A DNA stretch of 58,627 bases from the NCBI GenBank assembly GCA_009887135.1, contig QXYA01000112.1:1-58627 (forward strand), read 5' to 3'. The notes under the pieces were generated by a model. That model worked only from the letters and a program-made list of their open reading frames with translations. It was not told the DNA's origin and did no database searches. The position numbers and the translations under genes are program-made. The DNA is from Candidatus Poseidoniales archaeon (GTDB lineage: Archaea; Thermoplasmatota; Poseidoniia; Poseidoniales; Poseidoniaceae). Shown here in pieces: positions 45,661 to 56,300 of the stretch. Position 1 is the first letter of the stretch; every line of letters starts with the position of its first letter.

Positions 45661-46955
45661 TTCTAGGCGGTCTATCCGTGCGGATTGGATTGGTGGGAAA
45701 ACCCAATGTTGGGAAGTCTACTTTCTTTGCAGCATCTACACTTATTCCCGTTGATATTGCGAATTATCCGTTCTGTACGATAGACCCCAACGTCGGGATA
45801 TCCTTCATCCCGAGTCGACTTCCTTGCCCTTGTGGTGAATTGCGTGCTCGTTTAGAAGAGGATGGGAGAGTTGAATTGTCCTCTGAACGAGGCGGAAGTA
45901 TTTGCACACCACGCACAGGTTCCTGTGAACATCATCAACGATACGTTCCTTGTATGCTTGTTGATGTTGCAGGGCTTGTTCCTGGAGCGAGTGAGGGGAG
46001 AGGAAGAGGCAACGCATTCCTGTCAGACCTAGCAGAATGTCATGCCCTGATTCAGGTCATTGATGTTGCAGGTACAACTGATGCAGAAGGAAACCCGATA
46101 GGAGCAGGTAAATCGAAACAAGAAGCCATTGAGCAAGCCCTTGCCGAAGTTTCTTTCTTAACAAACGAATTAGACGCTTGGATTCTTGGCCTTCTCAAGG
46201 ATGGTTGGGTACGGGGTGCTCGGAAAATACAAGCAGAAGGCGTGAAAGGATTCGTTCAATTCCTTCACGATCGACTCTCAGGTTTAGGAGCAACACAGAG
46301 CATTTGCCAACGCTCGTTTGAAGCCTTCTTTGCACAACATGGAGATATGACATCACCATGGGATTGGTCAGATGACATTCTAAGGATTCTAGCATCCTCT
46401 GTTCGTATTCACCTCTTCCCACTTTTCATTGCAGGAAACAAAGCAGATCTCGCCCCAGAAGGCGTAATCGAACATCTGTCTGAAGTGATACCCCAATTTA
46501 TTCCGTGTTCAGCAGAGACTGAGTTTGCACTACGAAAGGCGAATGAAGCAGGCTTCATCGATTACACATCAGGTGAATCAACCTTCACAATTTTAGATCC
46601 AAATGCTCTCAACGAAGCACAAGCAAAAGGGCTAGGATTGCTTCAACAGAGATTGACAAATATGGGCGATACTGGGCTTAACAAATTACTCGATAAGGTT
46701 CTGTTCGATGAACTCGATCGAATTGTCGTTTATCCTGTCCAAGATGAGTCACATTGGACTGATGGGGATGGAAATGTATTACCAGACGCTTTAGTTGTTG
46801 AATCGAGTATACAAGCAAAAGAGGTTGCGTACAAGGTACACAGTGATCTTGGAGACGGATTCATCAAAGGTGTTGATGGACGAACACGTCGAATTGTTGG
46901 AGCAGAACACGAATTGTCTGATGGAGACGTTCTGCGCATCCATTCAAAATCTTGA
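45657..46955 (+). CDS. ychF: YchF/OLA1-like Obg-family GTPase/ATPase with a C-terminal TGS domain
   Basis: G1 is GLVGKPNVGKSTFF. ANYPFCTIDPNVG is present. G3 is VDVAGLV and G4 is GNKADL. The C-terminal DGDVLRIHS is TGS-like. A Cys-containing insertion lies after G2. The GTGA overlaps the upstream stop. Confidence 0.85.
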   Translation: MILGGLSVRIGLVGKPNVGKSTFFAASTLIPVDIANYPFCTIDPNVGISFIPSRLPCPCGELRARLEEDGRVELSSERGGSICTPRTGSCEHHQRYVPCMLVDVAGLVPGASEGRGRGNAFLSDLAECHALIQVIDVAGTTDAEGNPIGAGKSKQEAIEQALAEVSFLTNELDAWILGLLKDGWVRGARKIQAEGVKGFVQFLHDRLSGLGATQSICQRSFEAFFAQHGDMTSPWDWSDDILRILASSVRIHLFPLFIAGNKADLAPEGVIEHLSEVIPQFIPCSAETEFALRKANEAGFIDYTSGESTFTILDPNALNEAQAKGLGLLQQRLTNMGDTGLNKLLDKVLFDELDRIVVYPVQDESHWTDGDGNVLPDALVVESSIQAKEVAYKVHSDLGDGFIKGVDGRTRRIVGAEHELSDGDVLRIHSKS

Positions 46956-46956
46956 A

Positions 46957-47343
46957 TCAGTGGCCTTCGGGTCGCTCAAAATCAGGAGTCAACCTTGCAA
47001 GTGTGCTCGTGTACCTTGCCCCACTTGTAATGAAGAGTACGAGAGATGCAAGCGTGAGTAGTGTAAGCATGATCAGCATGTACATGCCCCACGGGCTTAT
47101 ACTGCGAACAGTTGTGATGTAAAGTCCCCAGAGAACTGTGAGGTATAGGAAAGGTCGATATCGGCGAGAGACTGTACTCAATCGTGCTGATTTGAGCGTA
47201 TCATCGTAGAGATTTACAGCGTCTTCCTTACTGACCATACCGTGTTCAACTCCACATCGAGTGCAGACTTGCGTATTTGGTCCATTTCCATGGATGAAGA
47301 ACTCACGAGGATAGGTTGCAGAACATAGGCGACAGGTTGGCAT
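46957..47343 (-). CDS. Zinc-ribbon membrane protein
   Basis: The N-terminus is CRLCSATYPREFFIHGNGPNTQVCTRCG (CxxC...CxxC). Two hydrophobic helices follow (FLYLTVLWGLYITTV, MYMLIMLTLLTLASLVLFI). Confidence 0.5.
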   Translation of the reverse strand: MPTCRLCSATYPREFFIHGNGPNTQVCTRCGVEHGMVSKEDAVNLYDDTLKSARLSTVSRRYRPFLYLTVLWGLYITTVRSISPWGMYMLIMLTLLTLASLVLFITSGARYTSTLARLTPDFERPEGH

Positions 47344-47380
47344 CTCTCTCCCTCAGTCCATCCCACCGACTGCCGTCATT

Positions 47381-49543
47381 TCAACCATGCGCTTGATAAT
47401 TTAGAAAAGCCTCAAGGATAAGCGTTCCAGATTGACTTCCAACAGACTCTGGGTGAAATTGAACACCAAAAACAGGATATGTTTTACTTCGTATAGCTAG
47501 AACAAGTGATTTTGTGGCATCAGTTGCGTCAATAAGCACTGCTGAATCCTCTTGATTATCTGAAGATAGAAGGGTCAAGGAATTGTATCTCGTCATATTG
47601 ATGTCAGATAGATTCGAAAAAAGACCATGGCCGTTATGCAGACATTCGACAGGAGTTCCGTGAACTGGACCAGATGGACTGTGAATCAGCGGCCAGCCAG
47701 CAGCGATGCCAAGTGCTTGATGGCCGAGGCAAATTCCAAGCGTTGGGGGTAATTTACCTGCCAGAGCCAGTGTTGCGAATTCCATTGTCAACGGACTGTC
47801 CTTTGGCCAACCAGGACCAGGACCAAGAATAATGTGCGAAGGATTCAATTGTTCCATGATCTCTTTTGCTGAACGAGTTGTATCGCTCCTGCCATTCATG
47901 ATGTTTACATCATGTCCAAGACCACAAACCATGTGAGCAATATTGTATGTGAACGAGTCAAGGTTATCGATAAGGAGTACAGAATTTTGTTTGAATTCAT
48001 CAGTAAAGATGGCGTTTGAACTCGGGGTTGATTTCAAATCACCTTCAATTTGAAGAGAATGGACTGAGAGGTCTCCACGCGGAATGGAGAGACGATCATC
48101 ATCCATCCAGCCACAAGATCTCAATAAGGCGTTTGCCTTCCACTTAGCTTCAGCAACTTCGGACTTTGGATTTGATTCAATTGTAATCCCTCCTCCAGCA
48201 GTTACTCTTGCCTTCCATCCAGCAACATCTTTCTTCAATTCCGCAGTTCGAATCATAATATTCCAAGAAGACATGTTCGTTGTTGTTTCAAACCATCCTA
48301 ATGATCCTGTCCAGAACGATCTCGGCTGTTTTTCTAATTCATCGATTGCAGCACAGACCACTGTTCTAGGGCAGCCTGTAATCGAGCCGCCTGGGAAAAC
48401 AGCTTGAAACGCATCAAACGCATCAAGCCCATCTTTCATTCGTCCTTGAACGCGAGTGACAAGATGTTGTACCTCCGCATATGTTTCGACATCAAATCTT
48501 TCAATCCATATTTGGTTCGGTTTTGCAATACCTCCAACATCATTACGCATGAGGTCGACAAGCATTCTGTGTTCTGCTCGTTCTTTGCGATCCGAAATCA
48601 TATCTTCTCTCAATAGGAGTTCCTCTGCAAGCGATGCCCCTCTTGGGCGGGTTCCTTTGATTGGAGCAGTTGTTATGACGTCTCCTTTGGTGGAGAGTAG
48701 AGATTCAGGAGATGCGCATATGAGTGCTAAATCTTCATCCTTAACATGAACAAAACCAGAGAATGGCGCTGGGTTTGAAGAAACGGAATGGCATAGAATG
48801 TCCCATGGTTCAGATGCAACAGAACCCTCCCAAGTTCTACCATAGTTGAGTTGATACAATTGCCCGTCTTTGATGGCTGAATGTATGGTTTCCACAATTT
48901 GTTCATGTTCTTCATCGGTGCAATTTGAAACTGGAACATTTGAAGACTTCACAGATGGAAGGGTTTCAATCACCTCATGATTTGAAAGAGATTCAATCGC
49001 CAACTCCTTCCAGCGCTCATCTGTTGAGAAAGCCTTCATCACGTCAGTCTCTTTGCAATGGACAATACATTTGTCAATTCTCCACAAAATGCAAAGAAGA
49101 TCATTCTCTTTGGGCGGGTGTTGTAATCCAATTGGTTGGGTCCATTGGACTAAATCATACGAGAAGGCACCAGTCCAAAATGGACCTGAGATTGGAACTG
49201 TAGCCAGATTCTGTTCAAATGCAATGTGCTCTTTAGGACATAGATAGCGAAGAATTTCTGATATTGTAGTTGAAGTAAATGCTTCTCCGACTTCCCACGA
49301 AAGTCCATTCCAGTGTTGCAATTCAGCGGTTAACGTTGATGATTCAGTCAATCTGATTTCACCATTCAATGGAGAATGAGAAGGCATTGGAGGAGTAACT
49401 TCGTTTGAAGGTTGCCGAATGATAATTCGAGTTGTACTTGGTCCACAAAGAAGAGAAAATGTAGCAAGGTGGCTTTTTGGACCCGAAGAAAGCAACATCA
49501 TTTCATCCGGAGAGCCAAATTCAGAAGCATCTTCTCCGAGCAA
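47381..49543 (-). CDS. pabB: Fused aminodeoxychorismate synthase: component I (PabB, N-terminal) plus glutamine amidotransferase (PabA, C-terminal)
   Basis: The chorismate-binding motifs are PIKGTRPRG (Lys as in PabB, not the PIAGT of TrpE), EHRMLVDLMRND and FPGGSITGCPR. The C-terminal class-I GATase has LLIDNLDSFTYNI, GICLGHQ and VQFHPES. Confidence 0.85.
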   Translation of the reverse strand: MLGEDASEFGSPDEMMLLSSGPKSHLATFSLLCGPSTTRIIIRQPSNEVTPPMPSHSPLNGEIRLTESSTLTAELQHWNGLSWEVGEAFTSTTISEILRYLCPKEHIAFEQNLATVPISGPFWTGAFSYDLVQWTQPIGLQHPPKENDLLCILWRIDKCIVHCKETDVMKAFSTDERWKELAIESLSNHEVIETLPSVKSSNVPVSNCTDEEHEQIVETIHSAIKDGQLYQLNYGRTWEGSVASEPWDILCHSVSSNPAPFSGFVHVKDEDLALICASPESLLSTKGDVITTAPIKGTRPRGASLAEELLLREDMISDRKERAEHRMLVDLMRNDVGGIAKPNQIWIERFDVETYAEVQHLVTRVQGRMKDGLDAFDAFQAVFPGGSITGCPRTVVCAAIDELEKQPRSFWTGSLGWFETTTNMSSWNIMIRTAELKKDVAGWKARVTAGGGITIESNPKSEVAEAKWKANALLRSCGWMDDDRLSIPRGDLSVHSLQIEGDLKSTPSSNAIFTDEFKQNSVLLIDNLDSFTYNIAHMVCGLGHDVNIMNGRSDTTRSAKEIMEQLNPSHIILGPGPGWPKDSPLTMEFATLALAGKLPPTLGICLGHQALGIAAGWPLIHSPSGPVHGTPVECLHNGHGLFSNLSDINMTRYNSLTLLSSDNQEDSAVLIDATDATKSLVLAIRSKTYPVFGVQFHPESVGSQSGTLILEAFLNYQAHG

Positions 49544-49588
49544 TCCTTGAGACTGAAATGAATTCCGTAAGGAAAGAAGAGGCTCGAT

Positions 49589-50359
49589 TTACTTCACCCC
49601 TGTCCATGAGGAAGCATCATCTTCAAGACGAGATAGTGCAATTCTACACAAATCGGTCAACCGTGTAGTCCCATCTCCAATTTCTTCGCTATTAATCGAT
49701 TCAATTGTTGAGGCGCCAAGGCCGCTTCCTAACACAACACATTCGATACAACGCGCAACCATGCGCTCGTTGAGTTTCCCCTTTTGAACAGGAAACCCAG
49801 AGGATTTCAATTCTGGTAAAATCGAATGCAGTGTAATTCCGTCAACTGCTTGGGCAGATGAACTGTACCAAACAGTTCCATCTTCATCGAGTAAAATTGG
49901 TGAACCACGATCACCATCAATAACGGCAAATTCATGAACAAATAATGCTACATCAACTCCAGAGGCTTCAGCTTGTTGTTTCGCTTCATGATACGTATCC
50001 CATGCTGCGTGTTTCGTTCCAGAGATTCGCTTTGGCCATATTTTCGCTGAAACCGTAATCGCATCACATGTCTCGTTTCGTGTTGAATATTTACGGTTGG
50101 ATATATTCCATGTACCCTCAGAAGTATATTCGATCCGTACAAGTCCATCTTGGAATTCAGATTTCATTGCCACTATCTGGCTAAGGACATCCCTTTTCCA
50201 TTCATCTGGTAAGTCAATCTTAAGTTTTTCAGCATGGTCTTGGAAACGAACTGAATGTTGTTTAAAGAGAAACAATCCTCGCTCTTTTGAATATCTCAGA
50301 GTTGTAAAAACAGCGGAACGTGGAGGTCGCTGCATACTGCTCACATCATGACCAGTCAT
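49589..50359 (-). CDS. pabC: Class IV aminotransferase-fold protein, probable aminodeoxychorismate lyase (PabC)
   Basis: FTTLRYSKERGLFLFKQHSVRF, the Lys in ISGTKHAAW, and VDVALFVHEFAVIDGDRGSPILLDEDGTVW...DGITLHSIL follow the fold-type IV pattern. It lies immediately downstream of pabB-pabA. Confidence 0.65.
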   Translation of the reverse strand: MTGHDVSSMQRPPRSAVFTTLRYSKERGLFLFKQHSVRFQDHAEKLKIDLPDEWKRDVLSQIVAMKSEFQDGLVRIEYTSEGTWNISNRKYSTRNETCDAITVSAKIWPKRISGTKHAAWDTYHEAKQQAEASGVDVALFVHEFAVIDGDRGSPILLDEDGTVWYSSSAQAVDGITLHSILPELKSSGFPVQKGKLNERMVARCIECVVLGSGLGASTIESINSEEIGDGTTRLTDLCRIALSRLEDDASSWTGVK

Positions 50360-50383
50360 TCCTATGACTTGAGCATCACGGTA

Positions 50384-53300
50384 TCAAAGGAGATCGTCTA
50401 GGAATGATGTATCAATACCTGGGCTTGAAGCGTTTTGTTTGGTCCCAATATCCAAATCACTCAGTAAATCATTGTCAATAGGCGTTCGTACAGGGTTCAT
50501 CACTGGCATTGGAGGAATGTACTCTTGTCGATCAAGCGGTTGATTTTGGATACGATCTGCAGCTTGGAAGAGTGAACCAGTTTCAACAGGTGGTGGTGGC
50601 GGAACACCTGCATCTGGTGGTGAATTCCACGCGTCATCTTCTCCAAGTCCCCAAGTAGCAGTTTGAATTTCCCACTGCTTATCTTTTTGTGACTTCTTTC
50701 CTCTTCCACGAACGATAGCTACGAGTAGAATCAACGAGACAAAGACAAGTCCTGCTGCAAGCAGGTTTGGTGTGGTTAGGAGAGATTGGAAGTCTGTTCC
50801 ATCATTTGAATCATCACTGTCTACAACTCCATTTTCAACTGCATTAATCATCAAAGGATCCACAGATTGACGGACTTGATTGTCATCGAATGTTGTAACT
50901 GAAACGTACCAAGCGGACTTGTTGTTGAGTTCAGTAAACACTGTTGAGGTGATAACGAATGAGTTCGCTGTTAGCGTGTCGCCTACGAATGTTGCATCCG
51001 AGATGTCCATAAAGTCTTCATTGGATATATGGATTTGATACCCTTCAACACCGAAATCATTTGTGTGGTTCCATGTTACTAAGATGTCTGTTTCTGCAAC
51101 CCACGCTAAGGTTATCCCATCGATTGTCGGAAGGTAATTGCCCGGATCTGTAATCCCATCATCAACCGATTGTGATGAGACTACAGTCAGATCAGTCTTG
51201 TGTGCATTAGCAGAAGAATCAACAGCTACTACAGCAACCCAAGTTTCCTGTCCTGGAAGTACCGGGAGATCACCAGCAATAATCGTTAGAATAAGTGGGA
51301 ATTCCGGGAGTCTGTCAAGAGTCATAATTGGTGCATTTGGCCCATCAGAGCCAACGCCAACGCTTGTGAACGACCAGGATGCGGCATAGACCTCGTACTG
51401 ATAGATATCACTTGCAGTTGATAGTCCGAATTCAAGATCGAGTGCTGAACCATCATCCATCGGTCGGTCGCCGAGTACAATCTCATCAAGACGTGGAGGA
51501 GGTGTTGTATCCTCTAGGTTGTTGATTGGAATAACACTCGCAGATAATAATGAATCAACATAGACGTTTCCTTGTAAATCATGGACGGTGACGGTTACGA
51601 AGAGTTCGATTCCTGGTTGAATCAATTGTGGCGTATCTGCAGATGAGAATTCGTTTGTTTGGGAAGCATCTCCATACAGGGCAGTATTCAATGTTAATTC
51701 AATTGGATTCTTATCCTCGTCAATCCATTGCTTGTCGATAGAGATACAGCCACAGGTTGCAGGGTCGTCTCCATAGGCGTTCCATACGTAGGAAATATCA
51801 TCAACAGGTTTGTCGGCTGCCCAGACGATATAATGGCTGAAATCATCAGCAGAAGAAATTGACCAAACCACATCGATTGCAGTTCCATCATCATTTGCAT
51901 GATCGAATGCTTGAATATTCTCAATTCGAGAAGGAGGCATAGAGGCTCCATCTGAATTATCGAGTGGTGTTGCTTGAACGATGCTTACATCGTTTAATTC
52001 TGCATTCAACCATGTATCATATGCTACGACACCTATGTAATATTCAAGCCCGTTAACGAGTGGTAAATCGTCTAATTCCGATACAATCGTTGTGTTCTCT
52101 TGACAAGAATTGACTACTGTTGCTGGTGAGAATCCAGCGACTGAAGTAGGCTGCGTTACGAAGACAACCCCTGTAATCATGTAGACCGTGTAGAAAGCAC
52201 AATCCCCAGCATCGCTTGGGTCCCATCCGACAGTAATTCTTCCACCTTCATCTTCAGGTGTGTCTATTGCCCAGACATTTTCGAGTTTAGCAGGAGCTTG
52301 TCCATCATCGATACCACCGGTTGGAACGACTGGGCCAATGATTGTCGCATTCATGATGTCTTCTTGGCCACTAATATCGACACATGTGAATCCAAGCCAA
52401 TACGGCTTTCCAGCATCAAGATTTAGAATGGTAAGATTTCCTTCTGTTGGCATCACAGTGTAAGCAACAGACAAACCTAGGATATCGTTCATGGCTTGTG
52501 TCGATGTGTAGATTCGGGTTTCGAGAAGATCGAGTGCTGAACATCGAGCCCATTCAGTTTCTAAGTCGCCTTCTACACCACCATCAAGCGGTTGAGCAGA
52601 AGCCCAAATTGGTGGGGTCGGTACTTCGTTGCTGGTTGTAACTGGCCCAGCAATTTGACTTGGTAATCCGAAGCGTCCATTATCGTATTCAACGACCACA
52701 AGGGCATAATATTCAACACCGTCGACCAAAGGTACACCGTTGGCTGTTGTTACGTCAACCTTGAGTCGGCTGTGAAGTGATTCTGTCTTGTCGATGATTC
52801 TTCCAGCAAGATCGATATCGGTTGGTAGCGAGCCCCACGGACCTTCGTTAACATAGACAAGATAACGATTGAAGTCAGGATCATGGACAAGGGACCATTC
52901 GACGGTTAATGCTTCACCGCCATCATCAGGACGATCGTAAATATCTGCAATTTCAACAGGTGTATCCTTTCGTATCCAATCATAGACAAGTCGAACTTCG
53001 ATTGTTCCGTTACTTGGTGCTACGAGTTTAATCGGAACAATTCGAGTTCCGTTGATCAATTGGCCATTATTGATGGCTAATTGGAGGCTATTTTCCACTC
53101 CAGTTGTGTTATCAAGTTCCAGTACAGCATCGTATCTGAGTGTACTTGATTGAGCCCATACTGCCGCATTTGAGACAGGAGAAGTCATCACGAGAGGAAC
53201 TGTTTGGAACAAGAGTCCGTGCACACCTGCTACGCCAACAGAACTGTTGAGAGTTACAGGATTGTCTTGGGTAACAAGATCGATTTGAAGTCCTGGATGA

Positions 53301-56300
53301 GTCATATCAGTGATTTCCATGTACTGTGAATTAAATCCGATGTTAAGTGGATCTGCATATCGTACACTTTGCGTTTCCATTTCGTCAAAGGCAGTAGCTG
53401 GCGTCCATCCTCTCAAGCCAGCATCAGAAGTGGTCAGCCAGAAACCATTTGCCCCAACCGCAACATTGGTTGGGTTCTGTACGATTGCTGATTTGAGCAA
53501 TGAATGTGAACTTGTTTGCGCTTCAAGAATTGCCATTCCAGAGGCGCCCATGACCATCAAGTGCGAGCCATCACTGTCCATACGATAGATTGGCCAGCCA
53601 GATCCGAGTTCAAAACTTGCAAGTCCATCTTCGAATTCTCCGGTCAGGCCATCGTAGTGAACTAACGGTCCAACATCGGTTGCAATGTGAAGACCAGCGT
53701 AATCTGAGGCGACTGCCGTAATGTAGTTGGAAGGTAGTTGGTCGAATCGGTGCGTGGCAGCAACAGAATTTGACGATGTGTCAATGACAGTGAGACCTGG
53801 TCGTTCAGTTCCTGCACCATCATGTCCGAGAATCAACCATGTGCCTGCTTGACTTGTTGTGTAGGTTTCAATAGACCATACAGAATTTCCGAGCAAACCA
53901 TCAGCAGTCGTGTTTGTATTCATCGCACCTGTTGTTGGGATGTACTGAGTAAGGCCACTAGGACTTGCAATGTAGAGTGTGTTTGAGATATACCGAATGT
54001 CTTCTATGTTTGACGTTGGTAGTCCATCGGAGGTTGTTAACGGATTATCCCAGTCATTTGTCGTTAGATTCCAACGACCGATTCCGTTTTGTGTTGCGAT
54101 GTAGACATGAGAATTTGAGAAGGCAAATCCTTGGATATTGTCTGAAGGGAGTCCAGATAGGAGTTGGCCGTTTGTGAATTGCTGGGTTCCGATATCAAAC
54201 ATTTGAACACCGGCAGCAGTTGATGTTGTGCCGAGTAATCCGACGAAGAGCGTTGAAACACTGCCTGATTGGTACAGTGCGAGACCGTCTTGACTGTTGT
54301 GGACCGCTCCACTCTTCCTTTGCAACACGTTCGATGTCGTATCAAGGGTGTACATGCCGCCATTCTGAGTGGTAATGTAAATCATGTTCCCTTCCATAAG
54401 CATGGAGTTTACCTGGTTGTTGAAAGATAAAGACCAACCTTCGTTCCAGTCAATACCTCCACTGGAGTTGAATGTTCCCTGTAAAATACCGCCGGATCCA
54501 GCGCCAGGATTATTTCCGTTTACAGTGACTGAGTACGTTGAAACCCAGATACGAGAACCGTCGCTGACCATTGCTTCGATGTTACCACTGACCAATGCTG
54601 GCAATTCAAATTCAGTATTCAATCCAGTAGAGCTCAGTTTGTCGACGTGAGAGTAGCCACTCGCACCTCCTGCTTGCCCAATGAGCCATTCGTTTCCACT
54701 GTATTTGATCGATGTAACTGCAGTTCCAACCGATTGAACACTGGCCTGACCAGTAATTGGTCCAAGTGTTGAAATTGCTGCAAAACCTCCATTATCATCG
54801 TAACCGATTAGCAATTTACCGTTAGCATAACTGAATGCATCAAGCCATACTGGGTCTGTTGGAATTCCGTTTCCGTTCGATGTTATTTCAGCAATCCATG
54901 CAGATTGGACGGTATCGTATTTTGAAATTGGCAGATCGTCATCATCGTAGCCGACGTAGAGCGTATCAGATGGATCACAAGCAACTGCAGCAACTCGCCC
55001 GCTCTTGAGAACAGAGGTGGTAAACGAGCCTACAGCAGTTGTGTTTGCAAGGTCAATGTATGTCACGCCTCCATTGTTATTGAAGAGTCCAACATACAGG
55101 TAAGAGCCACATTCATTCATTGAGATAGGGTACCCATTTGGAATCCCGTTTTGACCAGTGGTGTAGGTTGTCCAGGTGCCCGATGCATCGAGTTGACCGA
55201 TTGTACCTCGCTGGAATCCACCCCAGCCTGCAAAGCTTGCAGAACCAACTACCAAGGTACTTCCATCAGTCCAAAGTTCTCCAATCCAGTCTCCCATTGC
55301 ACTTGGTAAGCCGTTACCAGGCGTCCATGCTGTTTCCCATTGGAAGGAAGACTCGTTGAATCGCTCAACACCGTCTTCGGTGGCAAACAGAATCAAACCA
55401 TCAAATTCGATAATTTCCCGAACTGGGAAAGAAAGTGTATCCCAAGAGCCAAGTTTTGTTCCGCTTGGGCTGTAAACTTCAAGGCCAATTTCTCCCCAAG
55501 AAATCCATGTGTGTCCAGTTGATGAGTTGAATGCTGTAACTCGATCAACTGAGCCTTCGGGCAAAACCGATGTATTCCAAGTTTGAGATACTAAGTCGTA
55601 TTGAGCGATTCCTCCGCTCCCTTCCTGGTTCCACCATTGTCCAGAAACAACGCTTGCGAGAAGTGTATCACCCACAATCGTCATGCCGACAACATCTCCG
55701 CCATTTTCGCTGACTTCCTGGCCAGCATCAAGTGGCGTAATCGCAGTAAAATTCCCAACATCAATGCCGTAAATACTGTCGCTGGATGTGCCTTGATGGT
55801 AGTACATGATGTATCCATACAGTGTCAAATCATACGGATCTCCATTGCCAACATAAAGGCTGTTTGAAACCTCGATGTCATAGGCTTCGGCACCGGTTGT
55901 AGTGTTGATCAACTGAAAACCATCTTCCCCGCCAATCCAGATGAACCCTGGTCTGATGTCTTCAATCATTCCAGTAACAAACTCATTTCCATTGTCAAGG
56001 ACGTTACTTGTTGTCCACGTTGTGAGCCATTGGCTGTTTGCTATATCCCACCGAGCTACACCGACTCCATTGAGTCCGATGTAGGCAATATCATCGATGA
56101 TTTCTACAACTGCATTATCTGTTTGAGAACCAGCATCCCATTCACCAACAACGCTGAATGAGGATTTTTCGATGAGTCCTACGCCAGAGAACGTTCCACC
56201 AAAGACAGTTGTACTGTTGACGCCAACAGCATATGTCGCCCAATTTGGCATACCATCGTAGACGTTGAGGCAGTCAGCAATGTTTCCTGAGAGATCGTAT

